Source: a virus. From it: DNA of 32,271 nucleotides. Location: the IMG/VR virus record IMGVR_UViG_3300008120_000271; one strand, 5' to 3'. The stretch's first letter is position 1; each line of letters begins with the position of its first letter. The position numbers and the translations under genes are program-made. The notes beneath the pieces are model-generated. The model worked only from the letters and a program-made list of their open reading frames with translations. It made no database searches and had not been told where the DNA came from. This document shows, in pieces, positions 1 to 8,852 of the stretch.

Positions 1-1958
1 ACTACACCTTGTAGTGTAATGGATGTACCTGCCAGACCCTGTGCACCGGCACTACCTGTAAATCCTGTTGCGCCCTGAACGCCCTGGCGTCCTTGAGGTC
101 CTTGAGCACCTGCGAGACCTTGTGCACCAACTGGACCAGTCGAACCAGTATAACCGAGACCACCCTGAGTACCAGACGACCCATCATAGCCTGTATTACC
201 GCGCGAACCGTCATAACCGGCGCTACCTGTATAGCCGATAGAGCCTGTATAACCGAGACCGCCTGCAGATCCTGTGTAACCAGCCGAGCCTGTATAGCCA
301 ATCGAGCCGGTATAGCCCAGAGAACCTTCATAGCCTACAGCACCGCGTGAACCGGTATAACCACGCGATCCATCATATCCGCGTGAGCCAGTATACCCTT
401 GAGGACCCTGTGGTCCTTCTGGACCAACAGAACCTGTATATCCGATAGAGCCTGTATAACCTGTTGAACCATCATATCCAGCCTGGCCTTGCGAACCGGT
501 GTAACCTAAAGCACCTTGCGGGCCTTGCGGACCGGCTGATCCATCATAGCCTCTTTCGCCACGTGAACCGTCATAACCCGTCTCACCGCGTGAGCCATCA
601 TAACCACGCGAACCATCATAGCCACGTGATCCCTGAATACCTTGTGCACCCTGAGGTCCTTGTACCCCAGGGGTACCCTGAGGACCTTGAGCCCCTTGAG
701 AGCCGGTATAACCAACTATATCCGCCCAGTAGGCAATAGATCCATTTGAGACAAGTACTTGACCGTTAGCGCCGAGTGAACCATTTGCACTCAGGCCCTT
801 AATATCAAGTACATAGGAAACGTTAGCCGATTGTACATTAAGACCTGTAACAGTAGCTACACCGTCTTTAGTTACCGATAGCCATGAATCAGAGAATGTA
901 ATATTGCTCTGAGGCGAAGTATTAGGTGTAGCGCCAAGAGTGAATACTTGGGATTGCTCATCCCATGCTAGACCAATATTATAGTTGATTGTATTAGGGG
1001 TGGCATAGCGCTGGAATACAAAGCCAATATCATTGATCGGTGTGGCTTGTCCAGTGTTAAGTACAATAAATGAATTACTTACATCAAGAATTGAGGTATT
1101 AACAAATGTACGCGTACCTAGAACAGTAAGGTTACCCTGTACTGTGACGTCAGTAAATACACCAGCATTAGCTGTTTCGTTACCAATAGAGCCTGGGTTA
1201 GCCCAGTTGCGCTGTTCAAGATAGTTTGAGTTATTTGCGAATGTAGCAGAGTTAACGTTGAGCTGATCTTCTGGTTTACCGTTAAGGTTCAGAGCATTGT
1301 TAGATGTAATAGCATTATTAGCGTTATTAGCAAAGCCTGCGTTATTAGCAAAGTTTGCAAAGTCAGCAACTGCAGCAGACTCAGATTGAATAGCATTGAA
1401 TGCGAGTTCAGCTGTATTAGCGTTATTAGCGGCGAAAGCGAACTCAGCGTAAGTAGCTAGGTTAGCAAAGTTTGCAACGTTAGCTGTTTCACCGTAGATA
1501 GCAATATTAGCCAGGTTAGCGACAAACGCAAAATCAGCAAACAGAGCTAGGTTAGCGGTATTAGCTTCTTGGGCAAAATTAGCAAGATTAGAATAGAAAG
1601 AAACGTTTGAAACATTAGCAAAATCAGCTAAAGCTGATACGTTAGCAAAATTAGACGTATTAGCTGTATATGAGAAAAGAGCGGTAAATGCGGTGTTTGA
1701 TACGAGCGCAAATTCAGCATTGGCCGCGTTTAGAGCGTTGTTAGCTGATAGCGCAAACGAAGCAACGTTAGCAAAATTAGAGTTGTTTGCAAACTCATTG
1801 AGCCAAACCCACGTTACACCGTCAGAATAATAAATTCGTCCATCATTAATATCATACAGCATCGCTGCCTTAAACAGGGTGGCATCAAAGTCGTTACGGT
1901 CGACCGGTACACCTTCTGCTAAGAGTAGTAATGAGTCGGAATTATACTTTAAGCTCAT
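1..1958 (-). CDS. Collagen-like tail fibre / virion protein (incomplete, continues past the left edge)
   Basis: Manual translation from ATG at 1958-1956 (MSLKYNSDSLLLLAEGVPVDRNDFDATLFKAAMLYDINDGRIYYSDGVTW...) in the frame whose codons have lowest coordinate divisible by 3. I found no stop through position 3. It has an Asn/Ala-rich repeat region, then NWANPGSIGN...TFVNTSILDVSDLFIVLN, then long G-X-Y repeats (GYTGS, GYDGSRG). It is absent from the supplied ORF track, probably because it has no stop in the window. Its start overlaps the upstream stop (ATGA). Confidence 0.85.
   Translation of the reverse strand, partial: MSLKYNSDSLLLLAEGVPVDRNDFDATLFKAAMLYDINDGRIYYSDGVTWVWLNEFANNSNFANVASFALSANNALNAANAEFALVSNTAFTALFSYTANTSNFANVSALADFANVSNVSFYSNLANFAQEANTANLALFADFAFVANLANIAIYGETANVANFANLATYAEFAFAANNANTAELAFNAIQSESAAVADFANFANNAGFANNANNAITSNNALNLNGKPEDQLNVNSATFANNSNYLEQRNWANPGSIGNETANAGVFTDVTVQGNLTVLGTRTFVNTSILDVSNSFIVLNTGQATPINDIGFVFQRYATPNTINYNIGLAWDEQSQVFTLGATPNTSPQSNITFSDSWLSVTKDGVATVTGLNVQSANVSYVLDIKGLSANGSLGANGQVLVSNGSIAYWADIVGYTGSQGAQGPQGTPGVQGPQGAQGIQGSRGYDGSRGYDGSRGETGYDGSRGERGYDGSAGPQGPQGALGYTGSQGQAGYDGSTGYTGSIGYTGSVGPEGPQGPQGYTGSRGYDGSRGYTGSRGAVGYEGSLGYTGSIGYTGSAGYTGSAGGLGYTGSIGYTGSAGYDGSRGNTGYDGSSGTQGGLGYTGSTGPVGAQGLAGAQGPQGRQGVQGATGFTGSAGAQGLAGTSITLQGV
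27..714 (-). repeat. Collagen-like G-X-Y coding repeat, with 9/15/21-bp DNA repeat units encoding GYTGS / GYDGSRG
   Basis: Recurrent plus-strand words such as 'gagcctgtataaccg', 'accatcatagcc' and 'cgtgaaccgtcataacc'. Translation on the minus strand gives Gly every third residue. Confidence 0.85.
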
Positions 1959-2395
1959 GGAGTCAGATCCTGAAACTCTTCTCTCTGATTAATAATATAG
2001 GAAAAATGTACATGGGCGTGATTAGCGCTGGTTGAGTTGCTTGGTATAGAAACTTCTAGCACTTCACCAGTCTTCATGACCTGACGTTCAAAGCTGATAG
2101 AAAGAAAATCGTTGGGTGGAATAGGAGCGGCGCTTACGACTAGGTAATTTATACCATCCCCACCTCTAATACGGGCTGAAGCACGGATAGTCTGGTTATG
2201 AATATTTGTAATTGTAAGCCCAGTCATAATAGCAGCTGTATTGACAGTCTTTGCTAAAATAGGTCCGTTCTTAGGTATATAATAACTAGGTACTTCAACT
2301 ACCTGAAACCACGTATTACCCTGAAGTTGAAGACGTTCAACCTCGAATAGGTTTAGCGGTGGTCTCGGTGTTACTGTGTTTGCTGCTAGAGCCAC
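1955..2395 (-). CDS. Small uncharacterised virion-associated protein (GTG start)
   Basis: 146-aa ORF tightly packed between structural genes, with a start/stop overlap with the downstream gene. Beta-rich composition (FEVERLQLQGNTWFQVVEVPSYYIPKNGPILAKT). Confidence 0.7.
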   Translation of the reverse strand: MALAANTVTPRPPLNLFEVERLQLQGNTWFQVVEVPSYYIPKNGPILAKTVNTAAIMTGLTITNIHNQTIRASARIRGGDGINYLVVSAAPIPPNDFLSISFERQVMKTGEVLEVSIPSNSTSANHAHVHFSYIINQREEFQDLTP

Positions 2396-2397
2396 TT

Positions 2398-4431
2398 TTA
2401 GCCTCCTACGCCAATAATTAATGGAAGGGTAATATTCTGAACACCTCTAGAGAATGCCTGCCCTTCAATTGTGCTTCGTTCGAAATCTACTCTTAGATCC
2501 TTACCTAGATATGTATCTCCCTGCTCAGTATTAAATGTAGCGTAGATGACACCACCGTTAGATGTATATAGGTTAGTTGTTGGATCGGTTGCAATACCGG
2601 TTGCTCTCTGACCGAATGGGAGAGCGTTATAGTTAACACCGGAACCAGCATATGAGAACTGATGCGATGCCGCTTCAATCTTAGACTGGAATACTTCTGT
2701 ATAGTTGTCAGGGGTTGTAACAACATCAATAGCTAGGTTGAACATACCCTCGACCATAGCATTTGCATCAGGTTCAGCTCCTCCTACGTTGAGAGTTCTT
2801 CCCATGAGGTAATCTCTCATCTTACCATACGAGGCAGAGAAGAGCGTTGCATATGCTGGGTTAAATGCAAATACAGAGTTTGCAGAGAATGTGGAGACAG
2901 TATTTGCTGTAAATAAGCTCTGAATCCAGAATACAGTACCTCTATCCTGACCGGTGATAAGATCATCAGCAGTTTCAAGTAGGATTGTCTTTGTATCCCT
3001 GGATGTTAGATTTGCTAATACTGTGTTAGCTAAAATTGTAGTAGAGAATGATGGAATGGATGCGTAACCAGACGGGTTAGTCATCAGATAATCAACAATA
3101 ACATCCGCATTGCTCTTAACAAAGTTACCGAATGTTGCGCATTCTGTTAGAATATTATCGCGATCTTCGATCCCTTCCAGTCTTACTACGTATCGGTAAC
3201 CTGTAGATGCAAATGCATAGTCACCGAATGTAGCATTTGAGTTAACAACTGTTATCTGACCACCAGCATGCGCCCAGATACCAACACGCGACCAGTTAGT
3301 AAAGATCGAAACAAGCTGAACAAGAGCATTCTCAACAACAGCATAACCAATACCATTAGGGTTAACCGATGTATATGAATCGCAAACTACTGAGCGAAGA
3401 GGGGAGTCAGGGTCACAAACCGAGCCGTCAGCATATAAGCAGCCACCTGTCATAGGTACAAGCGGGTTACCATCGTCTCTATCGTTAGGAAGAGACATCT
3501 GCTGATATGTTAAGTTGTGTAGAACGGCGCAGTCGCCAATGTAAGGCGAACGTGTAATATACGCACCAGGTTTAAACGCGAACGCATATCCTTTCTGTGG
3601 TGGACCATAATCAAGTGATCCTTGATATGTCGCTAGCCAAGAAGCTTCGTGCCTTAGATTTGTAAATGTGAAGCCACGAACCTTAATACCGGAGTTGAGA
3701 AGGAACATGTTCTCTTCTTCGTAACCCTCGGCCATAGAGATTTTAGTTACGCGCGCATCATAGCCGTATAAGCAGCAGTTCTGTGGAATCTCAGTATTAG
3801 GCGATACTTCATATTCACCTGGATGCACGATAATAACGCAGGACTCGCCAGTAGCATTAGCTGCTAATAGAGCCGCTCCAATAGTCTGGAACGGCTTGTA
3901 AATTGACATACCTGTGTTAGCGGTCTGGTTAATATAAGTTGTAGCGTCAGTATCGTTACCATTCATGGTAACATAGAATGTACGTTCTACATGCTTTCTA
4001 GGTGTAAGCTGCTCTGCCAGTGCAGGTAGAAGTCCTGTATTAGCCCATGTGTTTGTTGCATCAACAAAATAATACCAGTCGTTATTGACTAGTACAGGAT
4101 CGTTATATACAAGACCAATAGCGTTATTAGGAGCGGTTGTATTAGCTTGAAGTAGGGCTAGATTAGCAGCAATAGTGTCTACATGAGCGAGACCAGCTGC
4201 AGAAAGTGCTGTAATGGTTTCTTCAAGATTATTAACACGAGGAATATCGAGCGTTCCAACAATAATCTCGCCAAACTTGTCAATAGTAAACTGGCTGAGA
4301 CCATTCTTCTTTAGGTCAAACAGCTTTGAGTTAATATCGGAGGCCAGATCGAATGTATTCATCTTAATAGAGGTATACTGAATCGATGAGTCGATCCACG
4401 TATCTCTCATATTGTAAATTTTAGTACTCAC
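2398..4431 (-). CDS. Probable right-handed beta-helix structural / tailspike-like protein
   Basis: 677-aa ORF with GTG start and AAGGAAAG upstream. Contains 'GMSIYKPFQTIGAALLAANATGESCVIIVHPGEYEVSPNTEIPQNCCLYGYD...GIKVRGFTFTNL', typical of the start of pectin-lyase-like helices in phage proteins. Confidence 0.65.
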   Translation of the reverse strand: MSTKIYNMRDTWIDSSIQYTSIKMNTFDLASDINSKLFDLKKNGLSQFTIDKFGEIIVGTLDIPRVNNLEETITALSAAGLAHVDTIAANLALLQANTTAPNNAIGLVYNDPVLVNNDWYYFVDATNTWANTGLLPALAEQLTPRKHVERTFYVTMNGNDTDATTYINQTANTGMSIYKPFQTIGAALLAANATGESCVIIVHPGEYEVSPNTEIPQNCCLYGYDARVTKISMAEGYEEENMFLLNSGIKVRGFTFTNLRHEASWLATYQGSLDYGPPQKGYAFAFKPGAYITRSPYIGDCAVLHNLTYQQMSLPNDRDDGNPLVPMTGGCLYADGSVCDPDSPLRSVVCDSYTSVNPNGIGYAVVENALVQLVSIFTNWSRVGIWAHAGGQITVVNSNATFGDYAFASTGYRYVVRLEGIEDRDNILTECATFGNFVKSNADVIVDYLMTNPSGYASIPSFSTTILANTVLANLTSRDTKTILLETADDLITGQDRGTVFWIQSLFTANTVSTFSANSVFAFNPAYATLFSASYGKMRDYLMGRTLNVGGAEPDANAMVEGMFNLAIDVVTTPDNYTEVFQSKIEAASHQFSYAGSGVNYNALPFGQRATGIATDPTTNLYTSNGGVIYATFNTEQGDTYLGKDLRVDFERSTIEGQAFSRGVQNITLPLIIGVGG

Positions 4432-4461
4432 TCGTAACTTTCCTTTTAAAGCGCTTTATTC

Positions 4462-4800
4462 TTATTTATTATTTTCATCTTCGAACTTTGGACCAATTAC
4501 ATTAACTTTTAGAGGAGAATCTGACATAGCCAATAACATCATTTGACTCAAACTAGTCTGGAAATTGTCATTATTCTTTGCCATCTCATTTCTAAACGAT
4601 TCAACAGCTGCTCCAGTTTGTCTTTGTTGCTGGCTATTTTCAATTAATAATACAGGCAGCCATGTCATAGCACAACTCCAGTTATCAATCGGCTCACCTG
4701 TATTCGGATTAGTACCTCTAAGCTGTGTAAACCACGAGCACTGTAGTTGAATACAATCCTTTTTAATAAGCGGGCAGTATGTACCAGGTTTTAATTCCAT
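4462..4800 (-). CDS. Small conserved-looking phage protein with four Cys (C-x6-C-x4-C-x21-C)
   Basis: 112-aa ORF MELKPGTYCPLIKKDCIQLQCSWFTQLRGTNPNTGEPIDNWSCAMTWLPVLLI..., in the operon between fibre genes. Confidence 0.75.
   Translation of the reverse strand: MELKPGTYCPLIKKDCIQLQCSWFTQLRGTNPNTGEPIDNWSCAMTWLPVLLIENSQQQRQTGAAVESFRNEMAKNNDNFQTSLSQMMLLAMSDSPLKVNVIGPKFEDENNK
4463..4470 (-). promoter_or_regulatory. Candidate late promoter element AATAAATA upstream of the beta-helix gene
   Basis: Plus-strand TATTTATT. 7/8 match to TATAAATA, 32-40 nt upstream of the GTG at 4431. Confidence 0.4.
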
Positions 4801-4815
4801 AATATAAATCCTTCA

Positions 4816-6132
4816 TTAGTTTTTCTGTGCAAGAATAACATCCACATATGCTACGTTGAAGCTTAAAGTATGGCTATGAGCTTCACTACTACCTACTGTA
4901 GATGTATTAAATGCGTAAACACCATCATCGCCGTCTGATGAAAGTGATCTTGATGAGAATGCCCCAATGCTAGAAGTTGATACTGCACTGAATAGCCCGG
5001 CACTAAAGTCTGCGGATGAACCAGCAGCACCATCAAAGTGGCTGTGTGCCGGAATCTGTGCTTCGGTTAGTACATGACCGTCAGTTGAGAATTGTGTATT
5101 AAACGCTGCGGTAAAACCAGTTGAGCCACCGGATGATGCAGCGCCACTAACAACACGTAGGGCTTTATTGTCATGTGTGGTTATTTTTGTCCAACCTGTA
5201 GGCGCATTTGTTTGCGCAAACAGCATAACTGTACCTGGTGGAATTAAGTTCGAGAAGCTACCTGCATTAAGCGACCCAGACCATACAATATGGCCGTTTG
5301 AATGAGCTTTAAAGTTACCCCATTCAGTTGTACCAGCAGCATCTGTAACCTGAATATATGCTATACCACCTGATGTACCACGCGCCCTAAATGCACCGGT
5401 TGTACCTGTACCCGGTGTAGTAGCATCGACGTACCCGCCAGTACGGAAAAGGGAACTATTAATTAAGAAGACTACATCGTCGCGTAGTCTATAACCCTGG
5501 TTAGTACCTCCGCTAGCGGTTACGGTTAAGAAAGTACCGGTATTAGCATTTGTTGAGCCGATTGCGCCAGGGTTTTCCCATGTTCTGCTCTGTAAGGTGG
5601 AAGCATTGGTTGTTGAACCAGCAATGAACTGTGTATTTACAGAAATACCGCGCGAGTCAACAACTATACCGTCACCAGCTTTTAGACCGATTGTACCGTA
5701 AGATGTGATTGGCGCATTCTGACCAGGTGGTAGATTAGTAAATATAATACCAGCCGCGTTAGCTAGCTGGGTTACTGTACCTGTACCTGATGCTGTTGAC
5801 CAATAAACCGAATCGCCATCCGAGGTTAGAACCTGACCTGCACCACCTGCTGAGCCATTAGCTACAAGTTTAAGAGCTGTACCGATCTCAAACGATGTAC
5901 TGTTTACTGTAAAGTTAGTCCCGAGAGAGATTGCATTGCCGTAGAAGTTATTAGCGGTGAATGAACCAAACAGCACAGCATTTCTTGGAGATGCTACAGA
6001 ACCTGTAATACCAGCTGTAGAATTAGCAGTTAATACATCAGTACCCATCACACCAATAATCTCATTGGTACGAAGTATCCATGTATTAAATGTATCTGTT
6101 AAAATATCAACATTGGCAATCTGTCTAGCCAT
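4816..6132 (-). CDS. Tail fibre protein with phage tail collar domain
   Basis: 438-aa ORF. 'LIPPGTVMLFAQTNAPTGWTKITTHDNKALRVVSG' matches the tail-collar (PF07484-type) pattern. Confidence 0.8.
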   Translation of the reverse strand: MARQIANVDILTDTFNTWILRTNEIIGVMGTDVLTANSTAGITGSVASPRNAVLFGSFTANNFYGNAISLGTNFTVNSTSFEIGTALKLVANGSAGGAGQVLTSDGDSVYWSTASGTGTVTQLANAAGIIFTNLPPGQNAPITSYGTIGLKAGDGIVVDSRGISVNTQFIAGSTTNASTLQSRTWENPGAIGSTNANTGTFLTVTASGGTNQGYRLRDDVVFLINSSLFRTGGYVDATTPGTGTTGAFRARGTSGGIAYIQVTDAAGTTEWGNFKAHSNGHIVWSGSLNAGSFSNLIPPGTVMLFAQTNAPTGWTKITTHDNKALRVVSGAASSGGSTGFTAAFNTQFSTDGHVLTEAQIPAHSHFDGAAGSSADFSAGLFSAVSTSSIGAFSSRSLSSDGDDGVYAFNTSTVGSSEAHSHTLSFNVAYVDVILAQKN

Positions 6133-6316
6133 AATTCTTTCCGCTTAAAATTTGCTGTAAAAGGTTTTTAATATCCGTTAAATCTTCACTCACATCCTTA
6201 AGTTGTGATTCCAACTCTTCTATTCTTTGCTTATCGTGTCTTCTTGCCACGATGGCTCTATAATAGCTATCCTCAGTATTTATGACAGCTTTAGACATCG
6301 GGTCTCTTTTAAACAT
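6125..6316 (-). CDS. Short coiled-coil protein, unknown function (start may be MFKRDP at 6316 or MSKAV at 6298)
   Basis: 63-aa ORF in the operon with overlaps at both ends. 'RIEELESQLKDVSEDLTDIKNLLQQIL' is heptad-like. Confidence 0.6.
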   Translation of the reverse strand: MFKRDPMSKAVINTEDSYYRAIVARRHDKQRIEELESQLKDVSEDLTDIKNLLQQILSGKNYG

Positions 6317-8838
6317 TAAGCGGATACCCCGAGAACTTGAATCTGATCGATCTTTGGAACCTTGTATGTTGTATCAGCTAGGAATACAATCTTGATTTGC
6401 ATAGAATCGAATGCATCAAATTCAGCTAGAGCAGAATTATAGTAACGTGAAACATTAGTGTTATTAACGTTGTTGAATGCTGCGTTAGGATACTTGAGCG
6501 TGTCAATCTTATAACCTGTACCAGCAACGTTAGTTGTTCTGATCTTATCGCCAATTACGATATGCGAATTATTAGCTTCCTTAACCACGGCAACCTGATA
6601 GTTGGTCAGTGGGAATAGAGGGTTGTAAATCTTGATCACATCGTTGTTAGCCACAAACGTAGTAATATTAGAGAAAGTGGCGTTGGCTGCTGCAATTGAG
6701 TTCGAATCCAGCGCTGTTGTGAATGTACCTGGAAGAGAGTTTGCTGATTCGCTAAACTGAGGTAGGCCTAGTTCGTATTCAATAAAGTCAGTTTCATCTT
6801 CTGTGGAAGAGAACTTAGCGCCGTTTTGTACAAACTCTAGAGGTGTCCAGGCTTTATCATCAAAAGCTTCTGGATCCTTTGAATTGTGTACGCGCGCATA
6901 GCAACGAATCTCTGTACCCTTTGGTCTATATGCAACCATAAACATACGCACATCTTCAGCAAACTTATCGTTCGAGAATTGAACCTTTGTACCAATATGC
7001 TTAGATAGTGCCACGATTACTAGATAATCAGCTTCAATTTTTAGCGACTTCTTATCAATGAATAGATCAGAATTGCTGTACAGCGTGGCTAGCTGCACTT
7101 CGTTTGAGCGTGATAGAACATGTGAATCATAGCCAGTAATATTATAAGCCTGCTGGTTATTGATCTTAACTCTGTCGAGGTTTGCTTCACTGTAAATAAA
7201 GTCTGTTCCAACTTTACCTGTACCCTTAATAGCCGTTTCAACCAGACCATTAGCGGGCGATCTAATGCTTCCTCTTAGACGGACTCTATCCAATGTAATG
7301 TTATCTACCGAAACAATATTAGCGGTTGCGCCAGAATCAGCGCCGATAATAGTATTACCAGCACCAAAGTAGATAGTATTTGCTGTCGAATCGGAGAGGT
7401 AAATCTTATTACGTACTCTATCTTGAATATAAACCTTACCAACTACCGTATTAACAAAACTAGCTGCAGCGTTAGTAAACTCGACGAGGTCAGATACGGT
7501 TATAATAGTATTATTAACAATCTCGGTCACTCTAACAACCTGAGAAGCAGTTCCGCTTTGCAGTACTAGAAACTGATTTTCTACAAGCGTACTAAAGGTT
7601 GTTGTAGTGCCAACAATTGTGTTATTACCCTGAGTAACATCAATTGTACCAGCTTCAGGTGCTGTATTTTGCCATACATATTCACCACCGTAGAAGTTGC
7701 CAACCTGATCAGTTACAGTGAAGTATTCATAGTCTCTATTGACAAAGATCTTCTTATCTGATTGAGCAATGTACTTGGCGCAGCGTAGAGTAAACTTAAT
7801 ATCAGTATCGGATAGAGCATTATAAACGCCAGAGCTATTACGGGAGAACAACTTACCATCCTTGTTGGAGTTTACCCCAGGTGAAGGAATATTTGTACCC
7901 ACTAGTCTATCACCGGTCTTATTAACCCAAAGTGTATAACCTGGATCTTCTAGCATTACAACAATACCGTAGAATCGTCCTGTAGCTAGTTTAAGCGGTT
8001 GATTAAAGCTGAAAGTTGTAGATGAAGACGCATCACCAAATGAATAGATACGCGAATAATCTTTGTAAGCTAGCGAGTAAGCAAATGTCTTTTGTAGGTT
8101 TGGCTGATCATTTTCAACTTCACAAATAGCAATAGCAACACCGGCATTAGGGTTGCCTGACGCGCTACCATCCTGGCTTGGCTTATTCTTAAAGAATAGA
8201 TCAACAGATGTGAGCGTAACTTCGCTTGCGCCTTTAACGATATCGGGGTCAGCGTAGAAAGTCTGAACCATCGAGAAGTTAGGAGGTGTAAAGTAGAAGT
8301 TAGTTTCAGAGACATTCTTAGCAACTTCTACATACGAAATTGTCTGAGCAACTGTATTAGGATCAGGGGAAGGAGTCTTCTTAATAAGATAGTCAAACTC
8401 TTCGCGCGCATACTGAGGTAGACCAAGCTGCACAGTAGCAGATGATGTTCCATCTGTACTAATAATCTGTAATGTACGTACGCCGCCGATAAGAATCGAA
8501 TAAGCAGCTGCCTGTTCAACAGCTGTAACAGCGGCTGCTCCTGCACGGAAATAGTATACAAACGCTAGCCCGCTCTGTGAAATAACACGCGGAGAAGGCG
8601 TTACGAGCCCTGCTCCGAGCTGCTTACCTTCTTGCTTGCAAAGGCTGGTAACATCAATACCATTAAGATATGCTCTATGTACAGTACCTGGCTTAAGTCC
8701 ATAGACATTAAAGCTCAATGCCTGCTCTAAAGCAACGTACTTAGACCAATCAGCAGGGTATACCGGGAAACCACTATAATCCCCGAGGTACGGAAGCCCC
8801 TTAAGAGATTGTTGAAGACCTAGAGCCGAATAACCCAT
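6316..8838 (-). CDS. Large virion structural protein, likely baseplate/fibre associated
   Basis: 840-aa ORF in the structural operon. Contains 'DVTQGNNTIVGTTTTFSTLVENQFLVLQSG...VRVTEIVNNTIITV', a module also seen in neighbouring structural genes. Confidence 0.7.
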   Translation of the reverse strand: MGYSALGLQQSLKGLPYLGDYSGFPVYPADWSKYVALEQALSFNVYGLKPGTVHRAYLNGIDVTSLCKQEGKQLGAGLVTPSPRVISQSGLAFVYYFRAGAAAVTAVEQAAAYSILIGGVRTLQIISTDGTSSATVQLGLPQYAREEFDYLIKKTPSPDPNTVAQTISYVEVAKNVSETNFYFTPPNFSMVQTFYADPDIVKGASEVTLTSVDLFFKNKPSQDGSASGNPNAGVAIAICEVENDQPNLQKTFAYSLAYKDYSRIYSFGDASSSTTFSFNQPLKLATGRFYGIVVMLEDPGYTLWVNKTGDRLVGTNIPSPGVNSNKDGKLFSRNSSGVYNALSDTDIKFTLRCAKYIAQSDKKIFVNRDYEYFTVTDQVGNFYGGEYVWQNTAPEAGTIDVTQGNNTIVGTTTTFSTLVENQFLVLQSGTASQVVRVTEIVNNTIITVSDLVEFTNAAASFVNTVVGKVYIQDRVRNKIYLSDSTANTIYFGAGNTIIGADSGATANIVSVDNITLDRVRLRGSIRSPANGLVETAIKGTGKVGTDFIYSEANLDRVKINNQQAYNITGYDSHVLSRSNEVQLATLYSNSDLFIDKKSLKIEADYLVIVALSKHIGTKVQFSNDKFAEDVRMFMVAYRPKGTEIRCYARVHNSKDPEAFDDKAWTPLEFVQNGAKFSSTEDETDFIEYELGLPQFSESANSLPGTFTTALDSNSIAAANATFSNITTFVANNDVIKIYNPLFPLTNYQVAVVKEANNSHIVIGDKIRTTNVAGTGYKIDTLKYPNAAFNNVNNTNVSRYYNSALAEFDAFDSMQIKIVFLADTTYKVPKIDQIQVLGVSA

Positions 8839-8852
8839 TTAAAAAACTTCCT

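Noticed and set aside
2-715. Minus-strand ORFs 2..331 and 506..715 (wrong frame)
   Set aside because: They are alternate-frame readings of the collagen-coding repeats. The real frame is the open G-X-Y frame of CDS 1..1958.
93-739. Plus-strand ORFs 93..350 and 464..739
   Set aside because: Antisense to the collagen-coding repeat. Repeats produce long spurious antisense ORFs, with no start context or neighbours.
4565-6148. Plus-strand ORFs 4565..4750 and 5957..6148
   Set aside because: Antisense to well-supported structural genes, short, with no ribosome-binding-site or operon context.
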